In this document: positions 37,541-47,719 of the stretch, piece after piece
How the letters are laid out: each line of letters opens with the position of its first letter
How positions within the stretch are numbered: the first letter of the stretch is position 1
Source of the DNA: an uncultured Gammaproteobacteria bacterium
Lineage (GTDB): Bacteria; Pseudomonadota; Gammaproteobacteria; Arenicellales; JAANXG01
Assembly: GCA_947258785.1 (NCBI GenBank)
Contig: CAMYJT010000008.1
Location: 140,429 to 204,428, forward strand
Length of the DNA stretch: 64,000 bases
Direction of reading: 5' to 3'
Notes under the pieces: model-generated
Told to the model about the DNA's origin: nothing
What the model saw: the letters and a program-made list of their open reading frames with translations, nothing else
Databases searched by the model: none
Position numbers and translations under genes: made by a program

Positions 37541-39262
37541 TTATTCCTCTGTTAATTGCTTATTGACCGGCGCAGCATCCGTTTCAGGACACACCCTGTC
37601 CAGGCGTTGGGCCGCATCGTTTTGCACCGACCTGTCCGGGTCATCGCGGGCAATCTTGTTTAATACGCGCTCATTGTCGAGCCGGGCCACCGCCGCACGG
37701 CGAACCCGGGGCTCTTGATCGTACTGCGCACGGTTCGCTAGCAGCGCCTGATCTGTCAGTTTTTGAACCGCCTCGCGGCGCACTCCCCAATCCTCGTCGT
37801 TTTTTGCGCGGTTGGCCAGGACCTTCTGATCATCGAGTTTCGTGAGAGCGGCCTTGCGTACCTGCCACGCCTTGTCCCACTTCGCCCGGTTGACCAGTGT
37901 TGCATGATCATCGATGCGGGCAACCGCCGCCATCCGCACCTGCCAATCGTCATCGTTTCTGGCGCGCTGGCAGAGTTCTTCCCTGTTCCGGATGCGTTCG
38001 ACAGCGGCGCGCCGGACACGCCAGTCCCGGTCGACATGGGCGATCGCACACAACGCTTCCTGGTCCTTGAGCTTACACACCGCCGCCTCGCGCACCCGCG
38101 GATCATCGTCTTGCGTTGCGATCGATTCCATGCGGGACCGGTCCCGGAGTTTGCGCACGGCGATGACGCGGGTGTCTCCGTAGCAGCCATTTTCGGCAAT
38201 GTCGGTGAGCATGGCTCGACTACGCACGCTGTGCACAGCGGCGCGCCGGACCTGCGCGTCGGCGTCGTTCTTTGCGATCCCGGTCAACACGCCCCCATCG
38301 TGGCAGCCCTGAACCGCCGCAAGCCGGGTGTCGTCGTGAGGGCTCTCTGTCGCGAGCCGAATCAGCGTTGCCTGTTCAGCGATCCTGCCGACAGCGGACA
38401 GGCGCAGCTCGGACTCGCTGTCTCTCGTGGCCACCGCGAACAAAGCCGCCTCGTCATCGAGCCGCTCAACGACCGCGCGGCGTATGCCCACGTCCGGTTC
38501 GATGGCGGCAACCTCTGCCAGCGACACCTGATCACTCAGCCTAGCGGCTGCCCGGCGCCGAACTTCGACCGCGCTGCTGTGTCGGACAACGCCGATCAGC
38601 AAAGACTCATCAATCAACTGCTTAACCGCCGTGCGGCAGATGATCTCGTCGGCCCCCGACTCGGCGACTTGCGCCAGGATACATTGCTCGGAGAGCTTCT
38701 TGACCGCGGTCTTCGCAACGCTCAGATCCGGCGCGCCGATCGCGATGTGCTTCAGCAGCTCCGGGGCCTCGATGGCGGCAACGGCGTGCTGCGCCACGGC
38801 CCTGAGGCGCGCGCTCATCGCCACTTCACCAAGCTTGTCCACCGCATGCAGCCGGCGCACGGCCGTTTTCCCCAGCGCAATGTCGCTGGTGGTCACGGCG
38901 ACCCGGACGAGTAACGCTGGAGTGGCAATGCATTTGACGGCGCGCTGGCGGACGGCGGCATCGGGGTCGGTACCAGCAATGCGGACCAGTATCTGATCAT
39001 CGGTCATCCGGTCGACCGCAGTCTTCCGGACCGCAACCAGGACGGCCGTGCTGGCGACTCGGGCGAGTGACACCTGGTCTTCGACCTCCGCGAGTGCCGC
39101 GAGTGCCCTTTGTATATCACGCTCCTCGATCGCTATCTCCGCGGCCCCCCCGGCGGCGGGACCAGCCTGTGGGACCGGGGCGGCATCCTCCCGTCCATCG
39201 TCGGCGGACGCCGGAGGCACCGCCACCGTTCGTCGCTGCTTCAACCAATCTCGGATACCCAA
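37541..39262 (-). CDS. cytoplasmic protein made of about 16 tandem 31-residue HEAT-like repeats
   Basis: 573 aa, no signal peptide. The periodic unit is L..IA..D.D..VR..AV..L.D.., sharpest in the C-terminal half (WQVRMAAV, WQVRKAAL, WGVRREAV, PRVRRAAV). Confidence 0.75.
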   Translation of the reverse strand: MGIRDWLKQRRTVAVPPASADDGREDAAPVPQAGPAAGGAAEIAIEERDIQRALAALAEVEDQVSLARVASTAVLVAVRKTAVDRMTDDQILVRIAGTDPDAAVRQRAVKCIATPALLVRVAVTTSDIALGKTAVRRLHAVDKLGEVAMSARLRAVAQHAVAAIEAPELLKHIAIGAPDLSVAKTAVKKLSEQCILAQVAESGADEIICRTAVKQLIDESLLIGVVRHSSAVEVRRRAAARLSDQVSLAEVAAIEPDVGIRRAVVERLDDEAALFAVATRDSESELRLSAVGRIAEQATLIRLATESPHDDTRLAAVQGCHDGGVLTGIAKNDADAQVRRAAVHSVRSRAMLTDIAENGCYGDTRVIAVRKLRDRSRMESIATQDDDPRVREAAVCKLKDQEALCAIAHVDRDWRVRRAAVERIRNREELCQRARNDDDWQVRMAAVARIDDHATLVNRAKWDKAWQVRKAALTKLDDQKVLANRAKNDEDWGVRREAVQKLTDQALLANRAQYDQEPRVRRAAVARLDNERVLNKIARDDPDRSVQNDAAQRLDRVCPETDAAPVNKQLTEE

Positions 39263-39659
39263 AATGCGCCTCGCCCACCTCTTGTGGATGCCGGCCCCGG
39301 GACGGCCGGCAACCCCATCTTACGTGATTGACCGCCCGGAAAATAATCTCGACACACTCACTCCGCGATACACGTCACAGAGTTGGCCGTGCATCGTTTA
39401 GGGCAACCGTATACACAGCCAGGCATGAGGGCTGCCAGCTCACCCTCACATCAGAGGACGGCGGCCAAAGCTCGCCGTGACCCGCTCCAGGACCTTCAGC
39501 GGCAACTATTTCAGCATAGACAAGCGTTTTCCTGGAACCCCGGTTGCCAGAAGGGTGCCGCGAGTACAGAATTCCGGGCACAGCTTTAAGGACGGTGATT
39601 ACCCAGGTGCCCACACTCCGTACACTATTAAGATTCGGCCGCAAGAAGCTTTTCTAAAT

Positions 39660-41534
39660 ATGGAACGCCGACTCGCCGCGATCCTTGCCACCGATATGGT
39701 CGGGTACAGCCGACTGATGGAGACGGATGAGGAATCGACACTTCACAGGCTGAACGCCTGCCGCAAGACAATTGATCGCACGATTAGCGAACACTCGGGG
39801 CGCGTATTCGGCAGCGCCGGCGACAGCGTTGTCGCCGAGTTCGCAAGCGCGGTGTCTGCCGTGCGCTGCGCCGTCGAAATCCAGCAATCTCTCCAAGTGC
39901 AAAACGCAGATCTGCCGGAGAACCATCGCATGCGGTTTCGGATTGGCGTCAACCTGGGCGATGTGATGGTGGAAGGCGGGAATCTTCTCGGTGACGGTGT
40001 CAATATCGCGGCACGCCTGGAGAGCCTCGCCGACCCCGGTGGTATCTGTATCGCCGCAAACGTATTGGAGCAGGTTGAAAACAAGCTAAACCACAGATAC
40101 ATTAATTTGGGCGAACGGGAGGTCAAGAATATCACCAAACCGTTGCGCGTCTACAAGCTCCTGTTTGCACCAGACGAAGCCGAGCAAGCCGCCGTTGATT
40201 CCGCATTGAAAAGCGCGCCCCGGTCACCCCGCGCGCTCATCGTTGGCGCGCTTCTCATTGGCATCTCTGCGGGCGTCCTGGTGTGGCAGAAACCGTGGCA
40301 GCCGATGATTGACCGGGATTCCATCGAAAAAGAGTCAGTGCCATTTTCTGATAAACCCTCCCTGGCGGTCCTGCCGTTTCAGAACATGAGCGGTGACTCC
40401 GAGCAGGAGTATTTCGTGGATGGGATGACCGACGACCTGATCACCGATCTGTCAAAAATCTCAGGCTTGTTCGTCATCGCCCGCAACTCAACGTTTGCGT
40501 ACAAAGGCAAGTCGCCGGACGTGCGCCAGGTTTCCCGAGACCTGGGTGTACAGTTCGTGCTCGAAGGCAGTGTGCGCCGGGCGGGAGACCAGGTGCGCAT
40601 CAATGCACAACTTATCGACGCGACCAGCGGGGGCCATATCTGGGCTGAGCGCTTTGACCGGAAATTAACCGACGTTTTTGCTCTTCAGGACGAGGTCAGC
40701 CGAAAAATTGTCTCCGCATTGGCGATTACGCTGACAACGGATGAGGAACGGCAGTTCAGCCAGGCAACCAGGGTGAACCCGGAGGCCTACGACCTGTTGC
40801 TGCGTGGGCTGGAGCAATTCCGCCGGTTTACACGCGAAACGAATGCAGCGGCACGCGATCTCTTCCTGCGTGCCACGGCCCATGATCCCGATTTCGCGCG
40901 CGCTTACGCCGACGTCGCCCTGACCCACGGCATAGACGTGATGTTCGGTTGGAGTGAACCCACCGATGAGTTGTTTGATCAAGCCTTCGAGCACGCGGAA
41001 AAAGCCTTGCGGTTGGATCCTACATTACGGCAGGTGCATTTTGCGCTGGCCAATCTGTATCTTGCGTCAAAGCAACACGACAAGGCAATTGAGTCGGCGC
41101 GCAAAGCGGTGAACTTACACCCGAACTACGCAGACGGCTATGCTCAGCTTGGACAAATACTCGTATACGCCGGCCATCCTCAAGACGGTCTTGGCGCCCT
41201 CGGCAAGGCCATGGCCTTGAATCCAAGATACGCGTTCTTTTACACCTGGATTGAGGGCCACGCTTACCTGCTAATGGGGCGAAACGACGAAGCCATTGCA
41301 ACATTCGAAACGGTCATCGAGAAAAACGCGCATTTCCCCGGCGCCCATCTGACCCTCGCCTCCCTGTACGGCAATCTGGCGAAAAACGAGGATGCCGAGT
41401 GGGAGGCGGCGCAGATTCTTTCCCTGCGCCCCGACTTTTCGCTGAAGAATGAGGAGCAGCGTGTTCCGTACAAGCGTTCGAAAGACCTGGAGTACTACAT
41501 AGCGGGACTGCGCAAGGCCGGGCTGCCGGAATAA
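39660..41534 (+). CDS. class III adenylate/guanylate cyclase fused to a TM segment, a TolB-N-like domain and TPR repeats
   Basis: RLAAILATDMVGYSRLM...FGSAGDSVVAEF...RIGVNLGDV cyclase motifs. One TM helix. SLAVLPFQNMSGD...YFVDGMTDDLITDL. C-terminal TPRs. Confidence 0.9.
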   Translation: MERRLAAILATDMVGYSRLMETDEESTLHRLNACRKTIDRTISEHSGRVFGSAGDSVVAEFASAVSAVRCAVEIQQSLQVQNADLPENHRMRFRIGVNLGDVMVEGGNLLGDGVNIAARLESLADPGGICIAANVLEQVENKLNHRYINLGEREVKNITKPLRVYKLLFAPDEAEQAAVDSALKSAPRSPRALIVGALLIGISAGVLVWQKPWQPMIDRDSIEKESVPFSDKPSLAVLPFQNMSGDSEQEYFVDGMTDDLITDLSKISGLFVIARNSTFAYKGKSPDVRQVSRDLGVQFVLEGSVRRAGDQVRINAQLIDATSGGHIWAERFDRKLTDVFALQDEVSRKIVSALAITLTTDEERQFSQATRVNPEAYDLLLRGLEQFRRFTRETNAAARDLFLRATAHDPDFARAYADVALTHGIDVMFGWSEPTDELFDQAFEHAEKALRLDPTLRQVHFALANLYLASKQHDKAIESARKAVNLHPNYADGYAQLGQILVYAGHPQDGLGALGKAMALNPRYAFFYTWIEGHAYLLMGRNDEAIATFETVIEKNAHFPGAHLTLASLYGNLAKNEDAEWEAAQILSLRPDFSLKNEEQRVPYKRSKDLEYYIAGLRKAGLPE

Positions 41535-41623
41535 AACCGGTAGCGACGTATGCTGTCGTTACGGGCGGTAGAGATTGCATACAACGCAAACAAGTACAGA
41601 ATTTCGTCAAGCATGTGCATCCT

Positions 41624-42152
41624 TCACTCGAAGATGTAGGGAATCTGATCGGTGTCAGCCGGTAAACGCCAGTGATCCGGATCTTCGTATTGATATGCCT
41701 TATCGACTAAATTCAATACGCCGCTCGTTTGGTCAATAATGTTTTGGACGCCGTGCCACACTTGGGGTGGGACAATTATCAGGCCCGGCCGGACCGATCC
41801 AAGTCGGAATTCATTCACCATGCCATGGGTAGAAGAATCTGGTCGGGAATCGTAGAGAACAATCTTCATCAAACCAAAGTTAACAAACAATCGGTCCAGG
41901 GTATTTGCGTGGGCATGCCAAGCAGAAATTGCCCCCGGGTGCCAGCACGATCTGAAACACTTGATCCACCGAGGCTGTGTCAAGTTGCCAGTCGTTTCGA
42001 TACACCTCCGTCAAAGTGCCATCGTGCTTGACGACGTTCTTGACTTCTTTCAACCTGACACCGCCAATAAGTTGTTGATGGATGCACTGCCAATCGGCCG
42101 TAACGCTCTGTTTGTCTTTCTTTGTGCCGGGAAGCCGCCAATCTTTGGCCAT
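41624..42152 (-). pseudogene. RmlC-like cupin (dTDP-sugar epimerase/isomerase family) split by a 1-nt frameshift
   Basis: ORFs 41880-42164 and 41624-41983 together give ...VFQIVLAPG/AISAWHAHA...VPPQVWHGVQN. The frames switch at the C5 run 41932-41936, where removing one base restores a single ORF. Confidence 0.7.
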
Positions 42153-42164
42153 AGCGCACCTCAC

Positions 42165-43139
42165 TCATATTGTTGGCGGCAGGCCACGCCTGCGGCGCAG
42201 ATCGTCGATGACCCCGCCCTTGCGCCGGAACCTCAGGAAAGAGACAAGAGTGTACACCGAAAATCCTAGCAATCCCGTCGCTCGTTTCAGGATATTGATT
42301 CCCGCCCTGCGAACGTGTCGCCATACCTTCAACTGATGGGTTTCCGAGGCGTAGTCATAGGCTATCTTCAGTAACTCGCGCTCTCGAAAATTACTGTCAC
42401 AACACATACGTTCGAAGTAGTCTTTATTTTCCTCAAAAGCTCGAGTTGCGTACACACCCGTACGAGCCCCCGACTGAATCGCAATCACTGTCATCTCCGG
42501 AACCAGGCGTATTGCCCTGCCCGCCCTCCAAGCACGCCATATCCAGTCCTGAGAAGGTGCGTTGTAGATCTCGCGGCAAGAACGCCAAGGGCCAATTTCT
42601 TCAATGAGTCCGCGCCGTAACAGCCAGCACGACGCCGGCACAACGATGTGTGGTTGATAGCTTCCACCGGGCGCGGCCCCCAGCAGCACGTTTGGACCGC
42701 CTGGTCTGACGGCGATGCCTAAGGTAAAAACCATATCCGCACCGGTATTCTCGACCGCCGACACTGCCTTCTCCAAATGATCCGGCAACCAGAGATCGTC
42801 ATGATTCAAGTATGCGATGTATTTCCCTCGCGCGTGCTTGAATCCTTCGTTGTTCGGACCTGATTGCTCACCGACGTTGTGGCTCAGGTTATAAAAACGA
42901 ATACGGGGATCCTTGAATGACTTGACCACGTCCTGAGTATCGTCCGTACACGCATCGCCGACAACAATCATCTCCCAATCGTCAACCGTCGAGCGGACGA
43001 CGCTGGCAATCGTATAACGCAGGACGTTGCTGCGGTTGTAGGTAGCGGTGATGACAGACACCAAGGGGTGGTCAATAGTCACACAACCCCCTCGAACCCA
43101 ACCGTTGGCGACAGACCCACACAACATTACCATCTTCAT
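42165..43139 (-). CDS. family 2 glycosyltransferase
   Basis: VSVITATYNRSNVL...VVGDACTDDT...NHDD motifs. Confidence 0.9.
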   Translation of the reverse strand: MKMVMLCGSVANGWVRGGCVTIDHPLVSVITATYNRSNVLRYTIASVVRSTVDDWEMIVVGDACTDDTQDVVKSFKDPRIRFYNLSHNVGEQSGPNNEGFKHARGKYIAYLNHDDLWLPDHLEKAVSAVENTGADMVFTLGIAVRPGGPNVLLGAAPGGSYQPHIVVPASCWLLRRGLIEEIGPWRSCREIYNAPSQDWIWRAWRAGRAIRLVPEMTVIAIQSGARTGVYATRAFEENKDYFERMCCDSNFRERELLKIAYDYASETHQLKVWRHVRRAGINILKRATGLLGFSVYTLVSFLRFRRKGGVIDDLRRRRGLPPTI

Positions 43140-43279
43140 AGGCCCCCGGCACAACCTGGATGTGACCCACACATGGCAAACTAAATGCAGCACTACAGCG
43201 GGGTGACCGGGTATCTACGGGCATTGACGGTTCCGCCGTGGGACACCGGGAGTGGGGCAATAAATCATCAACTCTCCGG

Positions 43280-43837
43280 TCACACCGAGTGATGATCCAG
43301 GATCTCGCCGCGGGCTGGATAGTCGTTCTTCAAAACAAAATCCAGCGCCATCAGGATTTCGCTGAAGTTCGGCCGCGCGAAGGGCATGGTCTGCACGGTC
43401 GAAAAATACAGCTCGCCGCCGGGGCGTACCAGGAATAATCCCGGCTCTGAGAACAGCGCCGGCTCCTCAACACCGACCGAGGTCTTGCCTCGGCCGCCGG
43501 AGACGTAGAGTCCCCACCGGCGTGCCGCATCCAGATCCAGGCCGTAGCCAACCGTCAATTCATCCAGGCGCCACTTGCCTTTTGACTGTGCAGCCCGCTC
43601 AGCCGAATCACTACTGATAGCGACAGTCTCGACGCCACGTTGGCGGAAGTCGTCGAGCTTGCCATTTAGATCCCCAAGATATTTTGTGCAGACCGGGCAG
43701 TGAAAACCCCGGTAGAACACGACCATCGTGAAATTCTCCGGCTGCTGCTCAGCGAGCCGCCACGTACCGCCACCAACGACAGGGACTTCGATTGCAGGAA
43801 CCGGCTGACGCGGGTACAGCGGGATCAATTGGGACAT
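43280..43837 (-). CDS. AhpC/TSA (peroxiredoxin-like) thioredoxin-fold protein
   Basis: VVFYRGFHCPVCTKYL active-site context. AAGGAG precedes the ATG at 43837. Confidence 0.85.
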   Translation of the reverse strand: MSQLIPLYPRQPVPAIEVPVVGGGTWRLAEQQPENFTMVVFYRGFHCPVCTKYLGDLNGKLDDFRQRGVETVAISSDSAERAAQSKGKWRLDELTVGYGLDLDAARRWGLYVSGGRGKTSVGVEEPALFSEPGLFLVRPGGELYFSTVQTMPFARPNFSEILMALDFVLKNDYPARGEILDHHSV

Positions 43838-44147
43838 GTCATTACTCCTTCCGGCTAAGGTTTCTGAAATACCCGGCTCGAGTGGCCGGTCTCGTTGGGA
43901 ATCGCTTGCCCGTTGCGATAAATCCGCCGTTCCACCCGACAGCCCAAAGTTGTACACACTATTCAAACGACAAACCGGGAAGCTTCTAACAATATACCAT
44001 GGCTAACTTCCAAGTCTTGACCCTGAATGCTTGGCCGGGCGAATGGAGCAATGCGGCACGGAGAACCAATAACACTTGAATTGGAATATATTGTGACCTG
44101 ACCCCGATATAATGTAAGCGAGATGACAGTAACATCAAGGTGAAACG

Positions 44148-44846
44148 ATGGGACGGCTCCATGATAAGCAGTTTCCGGGCGAAAGCGGCGAGTATCGCCA
44201 GTCGCGCGACGATTTGTTGGGCAGGGAAATCGATTTACGCCGGAAAATCGAGGAGGTCGCGGCGTTGAGGCGGCAATTGCCGCCCGGCGGACCGTTGAAA
44301 CAGGACTACGTCTTTGAGGAAGGCGGGGCAGATCTGGCCGATGCAACAACGATCAAGCAGACCAAGTTTTCCGAGCTGTTCGACTCGGGTAACAACAGTC
44401 TGATTATCTACAGCTTCATGTATGCGCCGGACGCCGACAAACCGTGCCCGATGTGCACCGCAATATTGGACGGCATCAACGGTAACGCGCCGCATGTGAT
44501 AGACCGGGTGAATCTTGCCGTCGTCGCCAAGGCGCCTGTCCAGAGTATTCGCAGCTGGGCCAGGGAGCGCGGCTGGAACAGGCTTCGCTTGCTGTCGTCC
44601 GGGCATAACAGTTACAACACCGACTATTTCGCGGAAAGTGCGGAGTGGGGCCAAATGCCGGCAATCAATGTGTTTACAAAAAACCAGCACGGCATTCATC
44701 ACTTCTATAACAGCGAGCTACTTTACGCCCCACCAGAAGGTGGGCAGCACCCGAGGCATGCCGATCTGGTGTGGCCGTTGTGGAATCTCTTCGATCTGAC
44801 ACCCGAAGGCCGGGGAAAAGATTGGTTCCCCAAGTCTTCTTATTGA
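44148..44846 (+). CDS. DUF899 thioredoxin-like protein
   Basis: FPGESGEYRQSRDDLLGREIDLRR..EEVAALRRQLP and CPMCT motifs. Confidence 0.85.
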   Translation: MGRLHDKQFPGESGEYRQSRDDLLGREIDLRRKIEEVAALRRQLPPGGPLKQDYVFEEGGADLADATTIKQTKFSELFDSGNNSLIIYSFMYAPDADKPCPMCTAILDGINGNAPHVIDRVNLAVVAKAPVQSIRSWARERGWNRLRLLSSGHNSYNTDYFAESAEWGQMPAINVFTKNQHGIHHFYNSELLYAPPEGGQHPRHADLVWPLWNLFDLTPEGRGKDWFPKSSY

Positions 44847-44930
44847 CTCGGCCACACCGGAGCGGATAGCGTTGCTTCATCGGTCCGGAGGTTCAGCAAT
44901 GATCGGGCGCTACTGTAAGCCGTCAAGCGC

Positions 44931-45569
44931 GTGACGGCATGCGCAACATCAAGCATGACTCCGCAACTGTACAAGCAGTTTGTCGAGACCGCGGCTGTTA
45001 TCTCTCCGGCCCTGCAGCGCGCGTTCGAGGAGATCGGGCCGGTATTACTGCCCGACCGCAGACGCAAGGGCCTGGCCGCGTTCCTGGCCCGCGCGATTGT
45101 CAGTCAACAACTGTCCAACAAGGCGGCGCGCAGTATCTGGCTTCGAATCGAGGAAACTGTCGGAGAAAACGGCGCACGCATGCCGGGGTTTTTCTGTGAA
45201 CTTAACCGGCCGCTGCTGAGATCGTGCGGCGTTTCGGGAAATAAAATAAAGGCATTGTGCGGCATATCGCGGGCACATCGGAGCGGTGCCCTGTCCCCGA
45301 AGCGTCTCAGGAAGATGGGCACCGAGCAGCGCTCGAACCATTTGCAGACGATTTGGGGAATCGGCCAGTGGACTGCCGACATGGCTGCTATTTTTTACTT
45401 CCGCGAACCCGATATCTGGCCGCAGGGAGATGCCGCTGTCCGCAAAACATTCGGTCGGTTTGTCAGCGAAGCGGGTGCTGTGCCGGAAGCTGAAGCGGCC
45501 GGATTATTCGCACCCTACAGATCTTTTCTTGCGCTTTACATGTGGCGTATCGTCGAGCGCATGCCGTAG
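44931..45569 (+). CDS. HhH-GPD DNA glycosylase (AlkA-like 3-methyladenine glycosylase II)
   Basis: IWGIGQWTADMAAIFYFREPDIWPQGDAAVRK helix-hairpin-helix plus catalytic Asp context. Confidence 0.85.
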   Translation: MTACATSSMTPQLYKQFVETAAVISPALQRAFEEIGPVLLPDRRRKGLAAFLARAIVSQQLSNKAARSIWLRIEETVGENGARMPGFFCELNRPLLRSCGVSGNKIKALCGISRAHRSGALSPKRLRKMGTEQRSNHLQTIWGIGQWTADMAAIFYFREPDIWPQGDAAVRKTFGRFVSEAGAVPEAEAAGLFAPYRSFLALYMWRIVERMP

Positions 45570-45584
45570 TGAGAGGAGAAATGC

Positions 45585-45824
45585 ATGTTCTATGGATTTT
45601 CCTTCTGTGACAACGAGGCGCACCGCCGGGAAGGCTACACCGATGCAGAAGGTGTACTCAACCAATTGGAAAATGTCGACGCGCCGCTGCAAGCGGCACG
45701 GTCGATCGCTGACATCATCAGACTGGAAGTACACGGTCCGGAGGCGGAACTTGCGAAACCGCGCGAACCCTTGAGTGCGCTGAATCCCAAGTACTATGTG
45801 CTCAAGTTCGGCTTTCGTAACTGA
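45585..45824 (+). CDS. small hypothetical protein (79 aa)
   Basis: GAGAGGAG lies 8 nt upstream. It loosely resembles ABM/Dabb-type small proteins. Not assignable. Confidence 0.4.
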   Translation: MFYGFSFCDNEAHRREGYTDAEGVLNQLENVDAPLQAARSIADIIRLEVHGPEAELAKPREPLSALNPKYYVLKFGFRN

Positions 45825-45979
45825 AACCCCGCACCGTAAGCGCGTACCGCTCAACCGCCCGGAGCGCGTTGTTAGTTTGGATCGATATCGTCGATCGCCA
45901 GCACAATCGCTCCGGCTGCCGTTGTGGTTGAGCGAGCGCAACCGCGTCAAAGCAATCTAAAACCGAGTGTGTGGCTCAG

Positions 45980-47542
45980 TTATTGAGATCGTGATTTGGA
46001 TTGGCCGATATCGGCGGGTTGGTGTTCGCTCTCTCCGTTTGTTGGCGGCACGAAATCAGCGTGTTCTCGAGAAGTACCACGATCAGCAGCCTCTGCTCTC
46101 TCCGCAATCGCCCTCGCCATGCCATTGAAGACCAGAAAGTGCGATGGAGAAAACGCATACCAGTACATCAATCCCCACACTCCAGCCGGATGCCAGTATG
46201 CGGTGAGTGTGATTCGTGTACGCCGGGGCCCTTCCGGGGACAGCGAAAACTCAAACACACCCGCGCCGGGGGCCTTCATCCCAAAACCCAGCGTCAATCT
46301 TTTCGGCGGATCCACACCAATAACCCGCCAGGAGTCGATTGCGTCGCCGACCCGAAGGTCCGTGGGATGCCGCCGCCCACGTTTCCGTCCCGGCCCGCCG
46401 ATTGCCCAATCCATGAACTCCCGAACCGACCACAGAAAGTCACCATAGTAGTAGCGATTATCCCCGCCGATCGCGGCAACCTGATCCCAAACCGCGTTAA
46501 TCGAAGCATTGGCGATTGTGTTTGCGCCCGCCTTCTTGGCGTAATACGCGTATTGCGGGTTGTAATCTCGATACATTAAAACACCCTCCGTCCAACGCGC
46601 TGCAACCGCATTACGGCGCTCGGCTTCAAACACCGCCGCGATTGCTTCACGATACGTGAGCAGCCGTTGCGGAACCAGAGCGCGTAAAGCGGAATCGTCG
46701 GCTGTAATATCGAATTTCAAGCCTTCGATCAGTGCGTGACCGATGCTGGTGGGTACCGAGGTGATCAGGCGTAACCAGTAGGCGGAAAGATTCGGTGTCA
46801 CCACGGGTACGGGAATGATTGTCGGACGCTTGTCCACATACTCACCGTACTGCAGCATCAGGTCTTCGTAGGTCAGCATCTCCGGCCCTGCTGCGTCGTA
46901 GATATTACCCGCGGCCTCATCCAGCTCGGCGACGCGCACGAGATACTCAAGGAGATTCTCGAGAGCAATAGGTGGAGACGTCGCTTTTACCCAGCGCGGC
47001 GTCACCATGATTGGTAAGTTGTTGACGAGATCTCGGATCACCTCGAAGGCGTAGGATCCCGGGCCAACGATAATGCCGGCGCGTATCTCGGTAACGGCAA
47101 CCTGGCCCGCCCGGAGACATTTTCCAGTGGTACGTCGTGATATCAAATGCTTTGAATCAGCGCCTTCTGGGATGAGGCCGCCGAGATAGACAATCCGGCC
47201 TATATCGGCAGCGTCCGCCGCTCCGGAAAAATTTTCGGCACCAGTGCGTTCCCGCGCAGAGAAATCACCACTGGCTTCCAGAGAATGCACCAGATAGTAA
47301 GCAACGTCCATGTCCTTCAGGGCGATGTTCAATGTTTGTGGATCCAGGACGTCGGCCGCCACTATTTCAACACCAGGCCAGTTCCGCGCCTCCAGCACCT
47401 CGGTCTTGCGTGCCGTCGCTCGCACCATGTGCCCGCGTTCAAGCAGTTCCGGCACCAAGTTAGTGCCGATGTAGCCACTCGCACCGACCACTACCACGCG
47501 GAGTTTGCGTTCTGGGGGTCTCGACTTACGGTTTAGTTGCAT
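45980..47542 (-). CDS. NAD(P)-binding SDR/NmrA-like protein fused to a DUF2867 domain
   Basis: VVVVGASGYIGTNLVPELLERGH Rossmann motif. The C-terminal ~150 aa match my memory of DUF2867. Confidence 0.8.
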   Translation of the reverse strand: MQLNRKSRPPERKLRVVVVGASGYIGTNLVPELLERGHMVRATARKTEVLEARNWPGVEIVAADVLDPQTLNIALKDMDVAYYLVHSLEASGDFSARERTGAENFSGAADAADIGRIVYLGGLIPEGADSKHLISRRTTGKCLRAGQVAVTEIRAGIIVGPGSYAFEVIRDLVNNLPIMVTPRWVKATSPPIALENLLEYLVRVAELDEAAGNIYDAAGPEMLTYEDLMLQYGEYVDKRPTIIPVPVVTPNLSAYWLRLITSVPTSIGHALIEGLKFDITADDSALRALVPQRLLTYREAIAAVFEAERRNAVAARWTEGVLMYRDYNPQYAYYAKKAGANTIANASINAVWDQVAAIGGDNRYYYGDFLWSVREFMDWAIGGPGRKRGRRHPTDLRVGDAIDSWRVIGVDPPKRLTLGFGMKAPGAGVFEFSLSPEGPRRTRITLTAYWHPAGVWGLMYWYAFSPSHFLVFNGMARAIAERAEAADRGTSREHADFVPPTNGESEHQPADIGQSKSRSQ

Positions 47543-47719
47543 TGTCCGACGCCGACTGAGGGCAATACTCCCGTGTCATGGTATTCTGTTTTAGGGTACC
47601 CGGAATATCAGCGACAATACAACTTTTGAGGTTCGCGGATGACCGCAACAAATGTCTTGCGCACCCGCGTGTCGGCAGCACCTTGTTAGTTAATTGTTTA
47701 AAGATCTGAGGGTAGGCAA

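Noticed and set aside
37541-39262. Periodic DNA repeats that could be mistaken for a CRISPR-like or tandem-repeat array. The same applies to 31900-32600.
   Set aside because: The periodicity is 93 nt (31 codons) and lies entirely inside long open reading frames encoding HEAT-like repeats. There are no spacer-like unique units and no cas genes.
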